Source: Methanotrichaceae archaeon
GTDB taxonomy: Archaea > Halobacteriota > Methanosarcinia > Methanotrichales > Methanotrichaceae
Length of the DNA stretch: 64,000 nucleotides
Assembly: GCA_963803145.1 (NCBI GenBank)
Contig: CAWDLW010000017.1
Span: 64,001 to 128,000 of the forward strand
Direction: 5' to 3'
Under the pieces are notes generated by a model. It saw only the letters and a program-made list of their open reading frames with translations. It did no database searches and had not been told where the DNA came from. Below, in pieces: positions 41,119 through 52,426 of the stretch. The position numbers and the translations under genes are program-made. How positions within the stretch are numbered: position 1 is the first letter of the stretch; each line of letters begins with the position of its first letter.

Positions 41119-42102
41119 ATGCCAGAGAACATAATCGAGGTCAGTAATCTAGAATATAGCTACGGTGACTTCAAGGCCGTGGACGATGTCAGCTTCGAGG
41201 TTAAAGAGGGTGAGATCTTCTCATTCCTGGGGCCGAACGGGGCTGGGAAAAGCACTGTAATAAATATGCTGATAACGCTTTTGCCTGTGCGGCAAGGCTG
41301 TGCGAGCATAGCGGGCTACGATCTCTCAACTCAGCCAGAAGCTGTACGGCGATCGATAGGTATAGTCTTTCAGGACGAGACGCTTGACCGAGACCTGACA
41401 GTTTGGGAAACACTTGAATTTCACGGCAGGCTCTACTCCATTCCCAAAAAAGAACGGCGTGAGAGAATCGAGGAGATGATCAGGCTCGTTGAACTCGAAG
41501 AGAAGAGAGATGTCAGGACCAGGAACCTCAGCGGCGGCATGAAGCGCCGCCTAGAGATCGCACGCGGACTTATGACTCGTCCAAAGGTGCTCTTCCTTGA
41601 TGAGCCGACAATTGGGCTCGACACGCAGACGCGCATCAGGCTCTGGGATTATATAAAGAGTGTGAACCAATCGGGCACTACCATATTTCTTACAACTCAT
41701 TACATGGATGAGGCTGACCAGGTCAGCGATTGGATCAACATCGTAGACCATGGAAAGATAATAGCCTCCGGCACACCCCTTAACCTTAAGAACGATTTGG
41801 GCCGGGATATGATCTACCTTGAGACGAGCGATGATGAGTCGGCTTCGAGAATATTGAAGGATGTTGATTCAGTATTGAATGCAAAGAAATCCTCAAAGGG
41901 TGTTGTTATCACTATTACTACTGACGGAAGCCATTGCCTGCCTACCATTATGAGCAAGCTCAAGGACAATGGGATTGAGATAAAAAGCGTGAATCTAAAG
42001 AAGCCTACTCTTGATGATGTCTTCGTACATTACACGGGCCGTGAGCTGAGGGAGGGCGGAGCTGAGAAGTTCCGAAGGATAATGCCCAAAGGGGGGAGAT
42101 GA
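41119..42102 (+). CDS. ABC-2/DrrA-type transporter ATP-binding protein
   Basis: GPNGAGKS, LSGGM, LFLDEPT, TTHYM. Confidence 0.93.
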   Translation: MPENIIEVSNLEYSYGDFKAVDDVSFEVKEGEIFSFLGPNGAGKSTVINMLITLLPVRQGCASIAGYDLSTQPEAVRRSIGIVFQDETLDRDLTVWETLEFHGRLYSIPKKERRERIEEMIRLVELEEKRDVRTRNLSGGMKRRLEIARGLMTRPKVLFLDEPTIGLDTQTRIRLWDYIKSVNQSGTTIFLTTHYMDEADQVSDWINIVDHGKIIASGTPLNLKNDLGRDMIYLETSDDESASRILKDVDSVLNAKKSSKGVVITITTDGSHCLPTIMSKLKDNGIEIKSVNLKKPTLDDVFVHYTGRELREGGAEKFRRIMPKGGR

Positions 42103-42103
42103 A

Positions 42104-42940
42104 TTGGCCCTGGAGTTCACCACAGTTTATTGGCGCGATATGCTCAGGTTCTTCAGATTCCGGGCTTTATTAGTATCATCGCTGCTCCAGCCAGCCCTTT
42201 GGCTCGCTCTCTACGGAGCTGCCATGTCAACAAACTTCAGCAGGTTCAGCGCAGCCATACCAACACCTGCAGGCGCATTCGTCGTATCTTATCTCACATT
42301 TCTCGGAGCAGGCGTGATAGCTTTGACCACGCTCTTTACGAGCCTTTTTGGAGGAATCTCCCTTTTATTCGATAAAAACTGGGGACTCATGCGCGAGCTG
42401 TTTGCGAGCCCCATGCCCAGAGAGCACATCATCATAGGCATTGGCCTTAGCGGAGTCACCAAATCCATCATCCAGGTGCTGGTGATTATGGGCTTCGGCC
42501 TTCTCATTGGTGTCAAGTTTTTCTCAGGATATACGCTTCTACAGACGGTTGTCTCTATCGCAGGAATACTTCTTTTTGTAGGAGTTTTCTCAATAGGCTT
42601 TCTATTCCTGTCATCGGCCATATCTATGAGCATGGAGACGCCCGAAAGCCTACAAGGCGTGATCACACTACTAACTCTGCCCCTTTTCTTTGCGAGCAAC
42701 GCACTGTATCCAGTAGATGCATTTCCAGAAGTAGTAAGATATCTGACTCGCTTCAATCCTCTCACGTATCTCATCAACGGTGTACGGTATTTTGCCATAG
42801 GCAGGGACTTTTATGCTGTAGGAACTCACTACACATACACAACAATGGATATGGCATTCTCCCTGCTGGCGCTTGTGGTTTTTGCAGTGTTTATGTTCAT
42901 AGTTGCATGGCGGGTCTTCAAGAAGACAGTGGTCACTTAA
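42104..42940 (+). CDS. ABC-2 type permease
   Basis: About six TM segments, FASNALYP, NPLTY; adjacent to the ATPase. Confidence 0.9.
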   Translation: MALEFTTVYWRDMLRFFRFRALLVSSLLQPALWLALYGAAMSTNFSRFSAAIPTPAGAFVVSYLTFLGAGVIALTTLFTSLFGGISLLFDKNWGLMRELFASPMPREHIIIGIGLSGVTKSIIQVLVIMGFGLLIGVKFFSGYTLLQTVVSIAGILLFVGVFSIGFLFLSSAISMSMETPESLQGVITLLTLPLFFASNALYPVDAFPEVVRYLTRFNPLTYLINGVRYFAIGRDFYAVGTHYTYTTMDMAFSLLALVVFAVFMFIVAWRVFKKTVVT

Positions 42941-42981
42941 GGAATGGCCCTGTTGGCTGAGCATATTCTAGGAGCAGTAAA

Positions 42982-44388
42982 TTGAATGGAATAAGACCAA
43001 ACGATAACGTAAGCAAGAACGTTGCTCTCTTCATCACCACTTTAGGCGCTTTCCTCACACCCTACATGAGCTCTGCCGTAAATCTGGCGCTCCCAGAAAT
43101 CGGCACAGAGTTCAAGATGAGCGCTGTCTCGCTGACATGGATCGCCACAGCATATCTTTTGGCTGCAGCGATATTTCTAGTACCATTCGGAAAGCTGGGG
43201 GATATCTACGGAAGAAAGCGGATTTATACATACGGAGTGGCCGTTTATACCCTAGCAGCGGTTTTGCTGGCCATCTCTAACACCGAGATTGAGCTCATAG
43301 CGTTCAGGCTCGTTGAGGGCCTTGGTGCAGCGATGCTTTTTGGAACAGGCGCAGCCATCCTGACGTCCGTATTTCCTCCTGGCGAGAGGGGCAGGGCACT
43401 CGGGATAAACATAGCTGCAACCTATTTCGGCTTATCGATGGGTCCCTTTTTGGGAGGCCTTCTAACTCAGCATTTCGGCTGGAGAAGCGTCTTTCTAATA
43501 AACGTACCATTAGGCGTACTGATAATAATATTGGTGCTCTGGACGCTGAAAGGCGAGTGGGCCGAGGCAAAAGGGGAAAAATTCGACATCTTGGGATCTG
43601 TAATCTACGGCATTGGGCTTACTTTGGCCATCTACGGGATCTCACTATTGCCTTCGAACTCTGGCGTGCTGTTTCTTCTCGCAGGCATAATAGTGCTCAT
43701 TGCATTTGCAGTGCTCGAGTGGAAGGCAGAAAGCCCTGTACTTGATATCCGTCTTTTTAGGAATAACAGAGTCTTTACGTTTTCAAGTCTGGCTGCCTTC
43801 CTAAACTACAGCTCAACCTATGCAATAGCATTTTTTTTAAGCCTTTATCTGCAGTATATCAAGGGCTTCAGCCCTCAGGACGCTGGGCTGATTCTTCTTG
43901 CCCAGCCGGCTGTTCAGGCTATTTTCTCTCCATTTGCAGGTCGCCTCTCAGATAGGATGGAACCCCGAATAGTTGCATCTGCCGGGATGACACTAACCGT
44001 TCTAGGTATATTCAGCCTGGTTTTTCTGGGCGAATCAACGAGCATTAGCGTAGTGATTGCCAGCCTCATGATATTAGGCTTGGGCTTCGCATTGTTCTCC
44101 TCTCCGAATACCAATGCTATCATGAGCGCAGTACCTCGAAGATTTTATGGCGTAGCCTCGGGAACAGTTGGTACTATGAGGCTGACTGGTCAGATGTTCA
44201 GCCAGGGAATAGCCCTGCTTGTCTCGGCTCTATATGTTGGCAATGCTCAGATCGTTCCCTCCAACTATCCCCTTTTCCTGATGGCGATGCATGCGGCTTT
44301 TATTATCCTCACAATGCTTTGTTCTGCAGGCATCCTATTCTCACTCGCACGCGGAAGGGCAAACTCTGCTCCGCAACCCAAAGGCTGA
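42982..44388 (+). CDS. MFS efflux transporter (DHA2/EmrB-like)
   Basis: GKLGDIYGRKR motif A; many TM segments. Confidence 0.9.
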   Translation: MNGIRPNDNVSKNVALFITTLGAFLTPYMSSAVNLALPEIGTEFKMSAVSLTWIATAYLLAAAIFLVPFGKLGDIYGRKRIYTYGVAVYTLAAVLLAISNTEIELIAFRLVEGLGAAMLFGTGAAILTSVFPPGERGRALGINIAATYFGLSMGPFLGGLLTQHFGWRSVFLINVPLGVLIIILVLWTLKGEWAEAKGEKFDILGSVIYGIGLTLAIYGISLLPSNSGVLFLLAGIIVLIAFAVLEWKAESPVLDIRLFRNNRVFTFSSLAAFLNYSSTYAIAFFLSLYLQYIKGFSPQDAGLILLAQPAVQAIFSPFAGRLSDRMEPRIVASAGMTLTVLGIFSLVFLGESTSISVVIASLMILGLGFALFSSPNTNAIMSAVPRRFYGVASGTVGTMRLTGQMFSQGIALLVSALYVGNAQIVPSNYPLFLMAMHAAFIILTMLCSAGILFSLARGRANSAPQPKG

Positions 44389-44425
44389 AATTGTTATCGG
44401 ATGCTATAAGACTCAGGGATAATAA

Positions 44426-45088
44426 ATGAAGATACTTGGAATAAATGCAAGCCCGCGGGGCTCCCAAAGCCAGACGCTGAGGCTAGTCAAGGCTGTTCTT
44501 GATGGGGCTAAGTCCGCAGGTGCTGATGTTGAGCTGGTGGATGCATGCAAGCTTGATATAGCGTATTGTAATGCATGCGGGGTCTGCTATAAGACAGGCG
44601 AATGCACCAAGAAGGATGATTTTAAAGAGCTTTATGAGAAGATGCTCGCGAGCGATGGAATGGTCTGGGGCGCTCCCAACTACTTCAGAAGCGTTACATC
44701 ACAGATGAAGACAATAATAGATCGCATGTCTGATGCAATCCATTGTCAGCTATTTACTGGAAAGTATAGTTGCTCAGTAGCAACAGGCGGCAGCGATTAC
44801 GAGCAGGTCACAAGCTATCTCGATGCACTGCTTTTGAACTTTGGATCGTTTGTAACCGGCAGCATCGGAGCAGCGATGAACAAGGGACCAAAGGCGATGG
44901 AAGACGCTGAGAAGAGGGCATTTGAACTCGGAAAGACTCTTGCAGAGGATATAAAGACAAAGCGCGATTATATTAGCCAGAGAGAGATGCAGGAGGAGAA
45001 CAAAAAATATTTCCAGGGGCTTGTTAAGATGCATGGAAAGGATTGGGAACATGAGTATGAGCACTGGAATAGGTTGAATTGGAAGTGA
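44426..45088 (+). CDS. Iron-sulfur flavoprotein / flavodoxin family
   Basis: NASPR, CxxCxxC-x5-C, APNYF. Confidence 0.88.
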   Translation: MKILGINASPRGSQSQTLRLVKAVLDGAKSAGADVELVDACKLDIAYCNACGVCYKTGECTKKDDFKELYEKMLASDGMVWGAPNYFRSVTSQMKTIIDRMSDAIHCQLFTGKYSCSVATGGSDYEQVTSYLDALLLNFGSFVTGSIGAAMNKGPKAMEDAEKRAFELGKTLAEDIKTKRDYISQREMQEENKKYFQGLVKMHGKDWEHEYEHWNRLNWK

Positions 45089-45422
45089 AATGGGACGGCC
45101 GGAATGCTTGGAAGGCTATGCCTTCCTACCCTATGCATTCTGGTTTGTTGTCCGTATTAATCACTATTACTGCTATGCATTTATCCTGAAAACCTTCCCA
45201 ATGCTTCATGCCTTTCTTATGTTCTCGCCAATGCAGCCCTCTTGTTTACCAATGATGTAGCTATGACCGACAAACATATTTATTGAAGGACGAGCGGTGA
45301 TGTTGCTAGATATCTGGCAGCTACAAAAATATTGCAACTTGAAGATGCTGCCCAGTGGCGGACCCACTTTGTTGCATAGAAGGCTCGATGCGTGGAAAAA
45401 TGGTTCATAAAGGGATTATAGC

Positions 45423-46892
45423 ATGGCATCACATTCATCAGAGGATAAGCGGCTGCAAAAGATAGTGAACTTTGAAATTGCGCTCGGCACATTCATCGGA
45501 ACCCTGGCCACCAATATTGTAAATATATCACTACCAGCCATGTCCAGATATTTCGGGGTAGATACCGGATTCGTTTCCTGGGTGGCTCTCAGCTACTTAC
45601 TGTTTCTATGCAGCACTATTGTTGTATTCGGCAGGCTTGCCGATATCAAAGGCTTTAAGAGGATCTTCCTCGCGGGCTTTGCGGTTTTTGCTGTTGCTTC
45701 CCTGCTTTGCGGGCTTTCAAGTGATATCTATATGCTGATTGCTTCAAGAGCGCTGCAGGCAATTGGAGCTGCCATGTTTATAGCCGTGGGACCTGCTATG
45801 ATCACGGCAATACTTCCCCAGGAAATTCGTGGGCGCAGTATGGGCTACTTGAGTATAGCAGCTGCGGCAGGAATCGCCCTGGGGCCGGGCATTGGCGGCT
45901 ATCTGACAACTTACCTGAGCTGGAGATCGATCTTCCTTGTCAATATTCCAGTGTGCATACTTGCCATAATTTTGGGTCAGCGAATAGTTCCGGACAGTCC
46001 TGGCTCGAGACCAGGAGACAGGATAGACATAAATGGCGCACTCCTGCTCATGGCCGCTTTGGTCTTTGCAACCTTAGCACTGAACAAGAGCCGCATTCTG
46101 GGCTTGAAGTCGCCCATGATCATCACATCCATTCTCCTGTTCCTGGTTTGCGGTTGCATATTCTATCTAAGGGAGCGGCGAATTTCAGAGCCTTTAGTGG
46201 ATCTGGATCTTCTTCGGATGAAGTGCTTTCTCTATGCGAATCTGGCATCAATGATGTCTATGCTGGTATTTGCAGGAGCGACGTTCATTCTTCCATTCTA
46301 TTTTCAGGTGTTGAGAGGTTATCCGGCCGATGTTGCCGGATTGATCATGATGGCGCCTCCGCTGGTCATGATGCTCATTGCATCACCTACCGGCAGCTTT
46401 GCTGATCGACACGGCACAAGGGGGATCTGCGCTGCAGCATCGATACTGGCAGCATTATCATTTGTCCTGCTGAGCACCATCGACCAATCAACTCCACTGC
46501 AATTTGTGATCATCTATATGGTGCTGATGGGAATGTCCATCACCATGTTCATTGCCCCGAACATGAGCTTAATCATGAGCAAATGTCCTGAACAGAGAAA
46601 AGGAATAGGCTCCAGCCTGACCATGGGAGTGAGATATCTGGGAACAATGATAGGCGTGGCCTCCTTCAGCGCGGTGTACTCTGCATATCTTCCGGAAGCT
46701 TCACAAGGGCCTTCTCATCTCGGCGCCGCAGCATCCGTTGACATGGTCCTCGCTTTCCATAGCGCCTTTTTCCTGGGAATCATCTTCAGCCTCTTGATGC
46801 TCATATTCTCTGTCATGGCCCAGTGGAGGAGCTGCTACATATGTCCGGCATCAGAGATCATTAACGATCAATTTCGCGCATCTGAGATATGA
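45423..46892 (+). CDS. MFS efflux transporter (DHA2-like)
   Basis: GRLADIKG, WRSIFLVNIP; many TM segments. Confidence 0.88.
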   Translation: MASHSSEDKRLQKIVNFEIALGTFIGTLATNIVNISLPAMSRYFGVDTGFVSWVALSYLLFLCSTIVVFGRLADIKGFKRIFLAGFAVFAVASLLCGLSSDIYMLIASRALQAIGAAMFIAVGPAMITAILPQEIRGRSMGYLSIAAAAGIALGPGIGGYLTTYLSWRSIFLVNIPVCILAIILGQRIVPDSPGSRPGDRIDINGALLLMAALVFATLALNKSRILGLKSPMIITSILLFLVCGCIFYLRERRISEPLVDLDLLRMKCFLYANLASMMSMLVFAGATFILPFYFQVLRGYPADVAGLIMMAPPLVMMLIASPTGSFADRHGTRGICAAASILAALSFVLLSTIDQSTPLQFVIIYMVLMGMSITMFIAPNMSLIMSKCPEQRKGIGSSLTMGVRYLGTMIGVASFSAVYSAYLPEASQGPSHLGAAASVDMVLAFHSAFFLGIIFSLLMLIFSVMAQWRSCYICPASEIINDQFRASEI

Positions 46893-47070
46893 GGAATGTG
46901 AAGGGAACCCTCAGTTATGATGTGATGAAGTTTTATTCCTTATTCCTAGAGAAGACTATGATAGAATTGTTCTGAATGGATCTATTATAGTCTAAAAGTA
47001 GTATATCACATATTCCATATTCGACACAAAAATGATAATCTTTAAGTAGTTCTGTTAAGATTGAGTAGCA

Positions 47071-48432
47071 ATGTCTACCAGAGCCCAATTAGTGATATCG
47101 ATGGCTATTTTAGCGGTTTTTCTCGCTATCTCCACAGCCTATGCGGAGAATGCCGTCGATTCGGTGAATGGTGCGGCACGGTTAGCAAACCCGGCCATTG
47201 TGAAGGATGAGATCATAATCCCCATGGAGAACGGGACAATGATGGAGTGGCGGCATATTGTCCTCAAGGGAAACAACACTCAGATAGGCATGGCCCTTGG
47301 AGAGATCGCCCAGAAGGATTACGGAGCAACATCTCTAAAGAAATATGCCGATCCCATATATGGTAAAGCTCGCCAGGAGTATATGGCCAGGAACTATCCC
47401 ATCATGAGGGATAGGATGAAGGGTATTGCCATGTCATATGGCTTATCTCAGGACAATGCCACCTTCGATACCACCACATTACTTTACGATACCGGATCTT
47501 TAGGCTGCTCCATGGTATACTTCCCTCCGGAGACGATACTGAATGGCCATGCCATAGCCTCAAGAAATATGGAATGGTACTTGGTTCCCATGGATGTCTT
47601 CCTCGACAAGGCTGAGAAGGGGACAGGCAATGGTATGTTTACCAGGAACTTCTTAATAGAGATCTATCCCGACCATGGATATTCAACTATGGCTATTGCG
47701 GGCATGGAACTCAACTCGGTGATAGATGGGTTGAACTCCGAAGGTTTGGGTATATCCGCATTAGAAGACGAAGGGATGGAACCTGTCTTAGAGATGCCCA
47801 TGGCAGGGGATAGAAACAGCGGTATTATGAGCAGCCAGATAACCCGGCTTGTCCTTGAGACTTGTAGGACGGTGGAGGAGGCAAAGGTAGCTTTTCTGGC
47901 CAACAAGGAGTTCCTACCCATTTGTGGAATCCATTACATGGTCTACGATAGTCAGGGGAATTCGGCGATAGTAGAATGGAATAAATCTGATGGAAACCTG
48001 TACTTCACTGACGGCAACGGCAATAAGCCGAATATTATGACCAATCACCCAATGTACATATACTCCAAGTATGGTTTGGAGGACCTATCCGAAGAGAAGA
48101 ACCTGATCATGTATGATGATCCATACGATACCTTCAACCGCTACATAACACTGTATAACATCATCAGCAGCCACGAGGGCAAGTTTTCCGATGAGGATGC
48201 AGCCAATATCCTTAGTTCAGTCGAAGGCAACACAGTTATTCAGGCCGAAGGTGCCATGAAACCTCTTCCAATCAATACGATCTGGAATACCATCCTGGAT
48301 TTGACTGATAGAAGCATGAAAGTGAAATTCTTCCTTAAGAAAGGTCCTGTGGACAGAGCAACCAACAAGAGCACGTTGATCTTCACGCCGTACTTGACCT
48401 TCAAGATGAACAACTCAAGCATGCAACAGTGA
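47071..48432 (+). CDS. Secreted C45-family/Ntn hydrolase
   Basis: Signal peptide; GCS nucleophile, SRNME, DGLNSEGL, TNH. Confidence 0.8.
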   Translation: MSTRAQLVISMAILAVFLAISTAYAENAVDSVNGAARLANPAIVKDEIIIPMENGTMMEWRHIVLKGNNTQIGMALGEIAQKDYGATSLKKYADPIYGKARQEYMARNYPIMRDRMKGIAMSYGLSQDNATFDTTTLLYDTGSLGCSMVYFPPETILNGHAIASRNMEWYLVPMDVFLDKAEKGTGNGMFTRNFLIEIYPDHGYSTMAIAGMELNSVIDGLNSEGLGISALEDEGMEPVLEMPMAGDRNSGIMSSQITRLVLETCRTVEEAKVAFLANKEFLPICGIHYMVYDSQGNSAIVEWNKSDGNLYFTDGNGNKPNIMTNHPMYIYSKYGLEDLSEEKNLIMYDDPYDTFNRYITLYNIISSHEGKFSDEDAANILSSVEGNTVIQAEGAMKPLPINTIWNTILDLTDRSMKVKFFLKKGPVDRATNKSTLIFTPYLTFKMNNSSMQQ

Positions 48433-48667
48433 GGAGCCTATCCGGCTCTTCCCTCTTTGACCGGCTTGCAGCGCTCTGAGGTACGACAGCTCCCATTATA
48501 AAAAGGAAGAACGGAATGGGAAGGTCTGTGAAGGTGCAACCGAGCCATCCGGTATGGGCTAATTGAGCAAAGACATGGCTCTCGTCACCTTGGTTGTTTG
48601 CCAGCAGCATCAAGATGATGGCCAGGCCGCGGAATGCATCCAGAGACAGTACCCGGTCAGCCTTCAT
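48401..48667 (-). pseudogene. Truncated heparan-alpha-glucosaminide N-acetyltransferase-like membrane protein
   Basis: RVLSLDAFRG..MLLAN..H..W.GCT.TD..PFFLFIMG; only 88 aa, running into the convergent gene. Confidence 0.75.
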
Positions 48668-48788
48668 AGATTGCCTCTGGAGATATTGTATTTGATCAAT
48701 TATATTCTCCTAGATCTAAACTTGTGGATAAAGATCCCAAAATATCAGAATTAGACTTAAATAGATCTGAAGGAACTCTTCCACTCCC

Positions 48789-50012
48789 CTAATTGAGATG
48801 ATTCTGGAAGAGGGGATCCAGGTCCACCTCCGTCCAGTTCTGCACTCCTGGAATTCTGACCCAGATCTTCAGATCCTTCGGCACAGCCACCACCTGGTAG
48901 CTTGTGGGAAGCTCTTCCGTCTGGAGAGGTCCACCCTTGGATAGTGGACGGCTCATGATATCCATTACAACATTTGGCGTCAGGTTACCCTTGTGCATCT
49001 CAGCCAGGTATAGGAGACTCCTTCGCCGTACCTCGGTATGAATGGGATCGTTTATGCCGGGTACAGGCATCTCGAAGCCCCATTCGGGATTCTGGAAGTG
49101 ATTGGTTGAGACAAGAAGGCCGTCTTCATCAAGAGATCTCCTCTTCAGGTCAAAGGGAGTCCATTCGTAGGATCTGGCCGCACTTTTATCTGCCACATTC
49201 ACAATGCATCCATCCGATGGCCTGGTTGAGCGAATCCGCCCTTCGATCTCCTCCAGGTTGGCGGAGTCCTCAAGGAATGTGAGAAGGAGAACAGGAGTGG
49301 TCACAGTATTTATTGTGTAGATGCTTTCAGAAGTATCGCCGTTGGTCTCCAGGAAGATACCCCTCTGGTTCATGCCGGTATTCAAATAGATCGATCCTGC
49401 ATAATGGATGCTTGCTACAGGGATGCTCCCATCATCGGGATTCAATACCGTTACTACTATGTACTGGCGCATCTTATCGCTCCAGTCGTAGTTCCTCCCA
49501 AAGACCAGCGGCCCATAGGATGTGTAATTGCCCCAGGCCGCCAGTGCTGAACAGCCCTGAGCATGGATAAGGTAGATCTGCAGACAATTTATGATGAGGA
49601 GATCATCAAGTCCAAGACCTGAAGTCTCTGCCATTCCAAGAATTAATTCCTTATACCTCTGAGGATAAAGCTGGAAGGATCTGTTGCCATAAGCGAGGAG
49701 TCGGTCGCGGCTGATTGCCTCAGATTTTCCAAAGTCATGGCTCATGTTATCGTAGATCCTGAACAGATCATCTCTGAGAAGGTAGCCGTATTGCCTGCCC
49801 ATCTCTCTGTAGCTTCCGTGAAGCTCCAGCACCTTAAGGGAGCCAATCTGATGAAGAAGGCCGCCTTCAAAGGTTGTCACTGGGTGCGAAGAGATTGAGC
49901 TGTTTTCCTGATTTTCGGCCAGAGCTGGTGAGCAAAGCAGCAGAAGGGCAATGACCACTGCCGTCATCAGGCATGAAGATAGACATGTAAATATGGATCT
50001 CCTTAAGGTCAT
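48789..50012 (-). CDS. Secreted C45-family peptidase/acyltransferase
   Basis: Signal peptide; LHGSYREMGRQYG, GCS, GRNYDW, TGMN, STNHF. Confidence 0.85.
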   Translation of the reverse strand: MTLRRSIFTCLSSCLMTAVVIALLLLCSPALAENQENSSISSHPVTTFEGGLLHQIGSLKVLELHGSYREMGRQYGYLLRDDLFRIYDNMSHDFGKSEAISRDRLLAYGNRSFQLYPQRYKELILGMAETSGLGLDDLLIINCLQIYLIHAQGCSALAAWGNYTSYGPLVFGRNYDWSDKMRQYIVVTVLNPDDGSIPVASIHYAGSIYLNTGMNQRGIFLETNGDTSESIYTINTVTTPVLLLTFLEDSANLEEIEGRIRSTRPSDGCIVNVADKSAARSYEWTPFDLKRRSLDEDGLLVSTNHFQNPEWGFEMPVPGINDPIHTEVRRRSLLYLAEMHKGNLTPNVVMDIMSRPLSKGGPLQTEELPTSYQVVAVPKDLKIWVRIPGVQNWTEVDLDPLFQNHLN

Positions 50013-50130
50013 CTTATTCTATCATCCTAATATTCCTTATATCCTGAAAACCAATTGAATCGAACAAAATGGATCAGCAGGCCCGGTTGGGCTGCCGATC
50101 TCTCACTCAATTTTATCCATTTAACGGCAC

Positions 50131-51150
50131 CTAGGAAGACTGCTGAGTACTACCAGCCATGTCATTTCCCGAATCGTCTGGGGTTGGATTGGGTATTGGC
50201 CCCGGCATGGGTCCTGGGGTCGGGTTAGGTACAGGTCCCGGCATGGGCCCCGGCACTCCTCGGCAGAGGCATTGGCCGTTTACATAATTACAGTTGGGGT
50301 TCGACTCGCATGCAGCTGCGGGATTAGGTACAGGTCCTGGTGGACATTGACATTGTCCATCTGCCCAAAAGCATCCTGGCTTCTTTTCGCATTCGGCTAC
50401 TGGATTGGGGGCAGTGCAAACGCATTCGCCCTTAGTGTCATCCCAGAAGCAGTTGGATTTTTTCTGACATTCCGCCTTTGGATCAGGGTTAGGCGGCGTT
50501 GGTTTAGATGTTGCTGAATATACATCTATAGTAACTGTGTTGCTGTTACCGCTGTTTGTAGTAAATACGTTGTAATGTCTTCCCTGCATATCGGCATAGT
50601 ACCACATTAGGTAGTAGCCAGGATTGAAAACTCCCAGATTATACTTAATAACAAATCGACCCGAGTAGACCTCATACATTGTCACGGGTGTCTTGACAGG
50701 CACGTATAAAAGCTCTCGAGCCCAGCTTCCCAAAGGCATAGTGGCATACCAGGTCCAGCCAGTGGCTCTTTCAATCCACATGCCTGCCGTATTGCTGGGG
50801 AATGTGGAAAGGAATCCATTCCACTGAATGGTGTTGCCCCTGTAGAAGATGGACGTCGGCGGGCTGGCCATGATATTGAATGCCGTCAATGTTCTTTGGC
50901 TTGATGCAGGTGGAGCTAAACTCGTGTAGCTGGCCGCATTCACCGGCTCGGTGGTCGCCATTTGCGGCGCGTCATCCGCAACAGGAGCATTTGTTATATC
51001 CTCTTGCAAACCCAAAGCAGCAAGATTATTTATACTCAAGTTATCGGCGCTATTAGCGCCAGTAGTTCCTGATTGGTCCAATCCCCCAAGAACAGGGATG
51101 GACAGGAGGAATATGCTCAATGCTATCCAAAATATGTATTTATTTTTCAT
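50131..51150 (-). CDS. Secreted protein with three C-terminal 4-Cys repeats and a PGPMPGPVPNPT tail
   Basis: Signal peptide; C-x5-C-x-(W/Y)-x2/4-G-x-C-x-C three times. Confidence 0.85.
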   Translation of the reverse strand: MKNKYIFWIALSIFLLSIPVLGGLDQSGTTGANSADNLSINNLAALGLQEDITNAPVADDAPQMATTEPVNAASYTSLAPPASSQRTLTAFNIMASPPTSIFYRGNTIQWNGFLSTFPSNTAGMWIERATGWTWYATMPLGSWARELLYVPVKTPVTMYEVYSGRFVIKYNLGVFNPGYYLMWYYADMQGRHYNVFTTNSGNSNTVTIDVYSATSKPTPPNPDPKAECQKKSNCFWDDTKGECVCTAPNPVAECEKKPGCFWADGQCQCPPGPVPNPAAACESNPNCNYVNGQCLCRGVPGPMPGPVPNPTPGPMPGPIPNPTPDDSGNDMAGSTQQSS

Positions 51151-51252
51151 TAGGTTCCCCTCGCTACGCAGAGTGGTCTCTTGAAATATTTATTCTTTTC
51201 CATTTGGAGTAAAAAAATTAAACATTCTAATTTTGAGATAGGTTCATTATTA

Positions 51253-52335
51253 TAGTTAATCCACGTAATTTTTACCTCATAGATACCCTTAAATAATTAA
51301 TATACGATATAGCCGTTCATGGGCAGGAAACCTGTAATTGTAAGACATATCTCGAAGGTAGAATTAGATCAATTGTATAAAGATGAGAGAAACATAAGAA
51401 TTAAAGAACGGCTACTAGCGATAATACATTTATACGAAGGAAAGAATGTATATATAGTAGCTGATATTCTTAAACGAAGTGAAAAGACAATAAAGAATTG
51501 GCTAAGCGATTGGAACAAACAAGGATATGATGGATTGATACCACAGAATAGAAACGGCAAAGAACCAATGATATCTTTTGATGAATGGGATAAAATTATC
51601 GAAGAGATTGAGGACAAAGGAATGACTATAAAAGAGGTAATAAAATATGCAAAAGACACAAGAGGCGTAGAATATTCGTATAAAGGTGGTTGGAAGATTT
51701 TAAGATCAATAAAGAAAGTCAAATATGGTAAACCATATATTAGAAATAATAAGAGGCCTGTTAATGCAGAAAGTTTTCTAAAAAAAGGATAGATTCAGTA
51801 ATAACAACAGTCAAAGAACCTATTATTGGATTCCTTGATGAAAGCTCTTTGCAACAGCGACCTAATACACGCAGGGTTTTAAACACCCATATGCTAAATT
51901 ATCAACCTGGAAAAGTTAGGTCTAGAACTGTTTTTGGGTTCATTGCATTGAATGGAAATGATGAAGTTATGGTCTCTCACTCATCCAAGAAAGAAGATTT
52001 AATGATCTTCGCCCAAAAATTGAGAAGTAACAATATTATGAGACCAATATGTATTGTCCTAGATAATGCTAGAATACATCTAGCTAAGAAGTTTAGGGCA
52101 TTAGCCCACGAACTTGATATCCATTTAATATATAACGTGCCATATTCCCCTGATTTAAATCCTATAGAGTTCGGTTGGAAGGATTTTAAAAGAGAGATAT
52201 CAAAATATACTGATTTTGATGAAGCTATTGAGGATGCCCAAGATTGCGCTTTACAAATATTTTATTCCAATAAAGATGGATACTCTAAGTCTTGGATAAA
52301 GCAGTTTATAAGGTAAAAAGTTGGGAGAATGACTA
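51253..52335 (+). mobile_element. IS630-family insertion sequence, copy 2 (1083 bp)
   Basis: Ends TAGTTAATC / GAATGACTA with TA duplication; same length as and homologous to 18812-19894. Confidence 0.9.
51319..52316 (+). CDS. IS630 transposase (ORF A 51319-51792 plus ORF B in the -1 frame)
   Basis: A7G run at 51780-51787; FLDESS, LDNARIH, PYSPDLNPIE. Confidence 0.88.
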
Positions 52336-52374
52336 TAATAACGGGCGTAACTATAATTAGATCGAATATGCTCT

Positions 52375-52426
52375 CAGCACTGATGAAGAGCACCAGCAGC
52401 AATCCAATAGATACTTTTGATGTCAT
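52375..52426 (-). pseudogene. Leader-only relic of the Cys-scaffold family
   Basis: MTSKVSIGLLLVLFI; ATGAAGAGCAC(C/T)AGCAGCAATCCAATAG is 27/28 identical to 58983-59010. Confidence 0.65.

Noticed and set aside
52348-52355. Second TAACTATA as an alternative IS630 right end
   Set aside because: The end at 52335 gives exactly the same 1083-bp length as copy 1 and better extended similarity.
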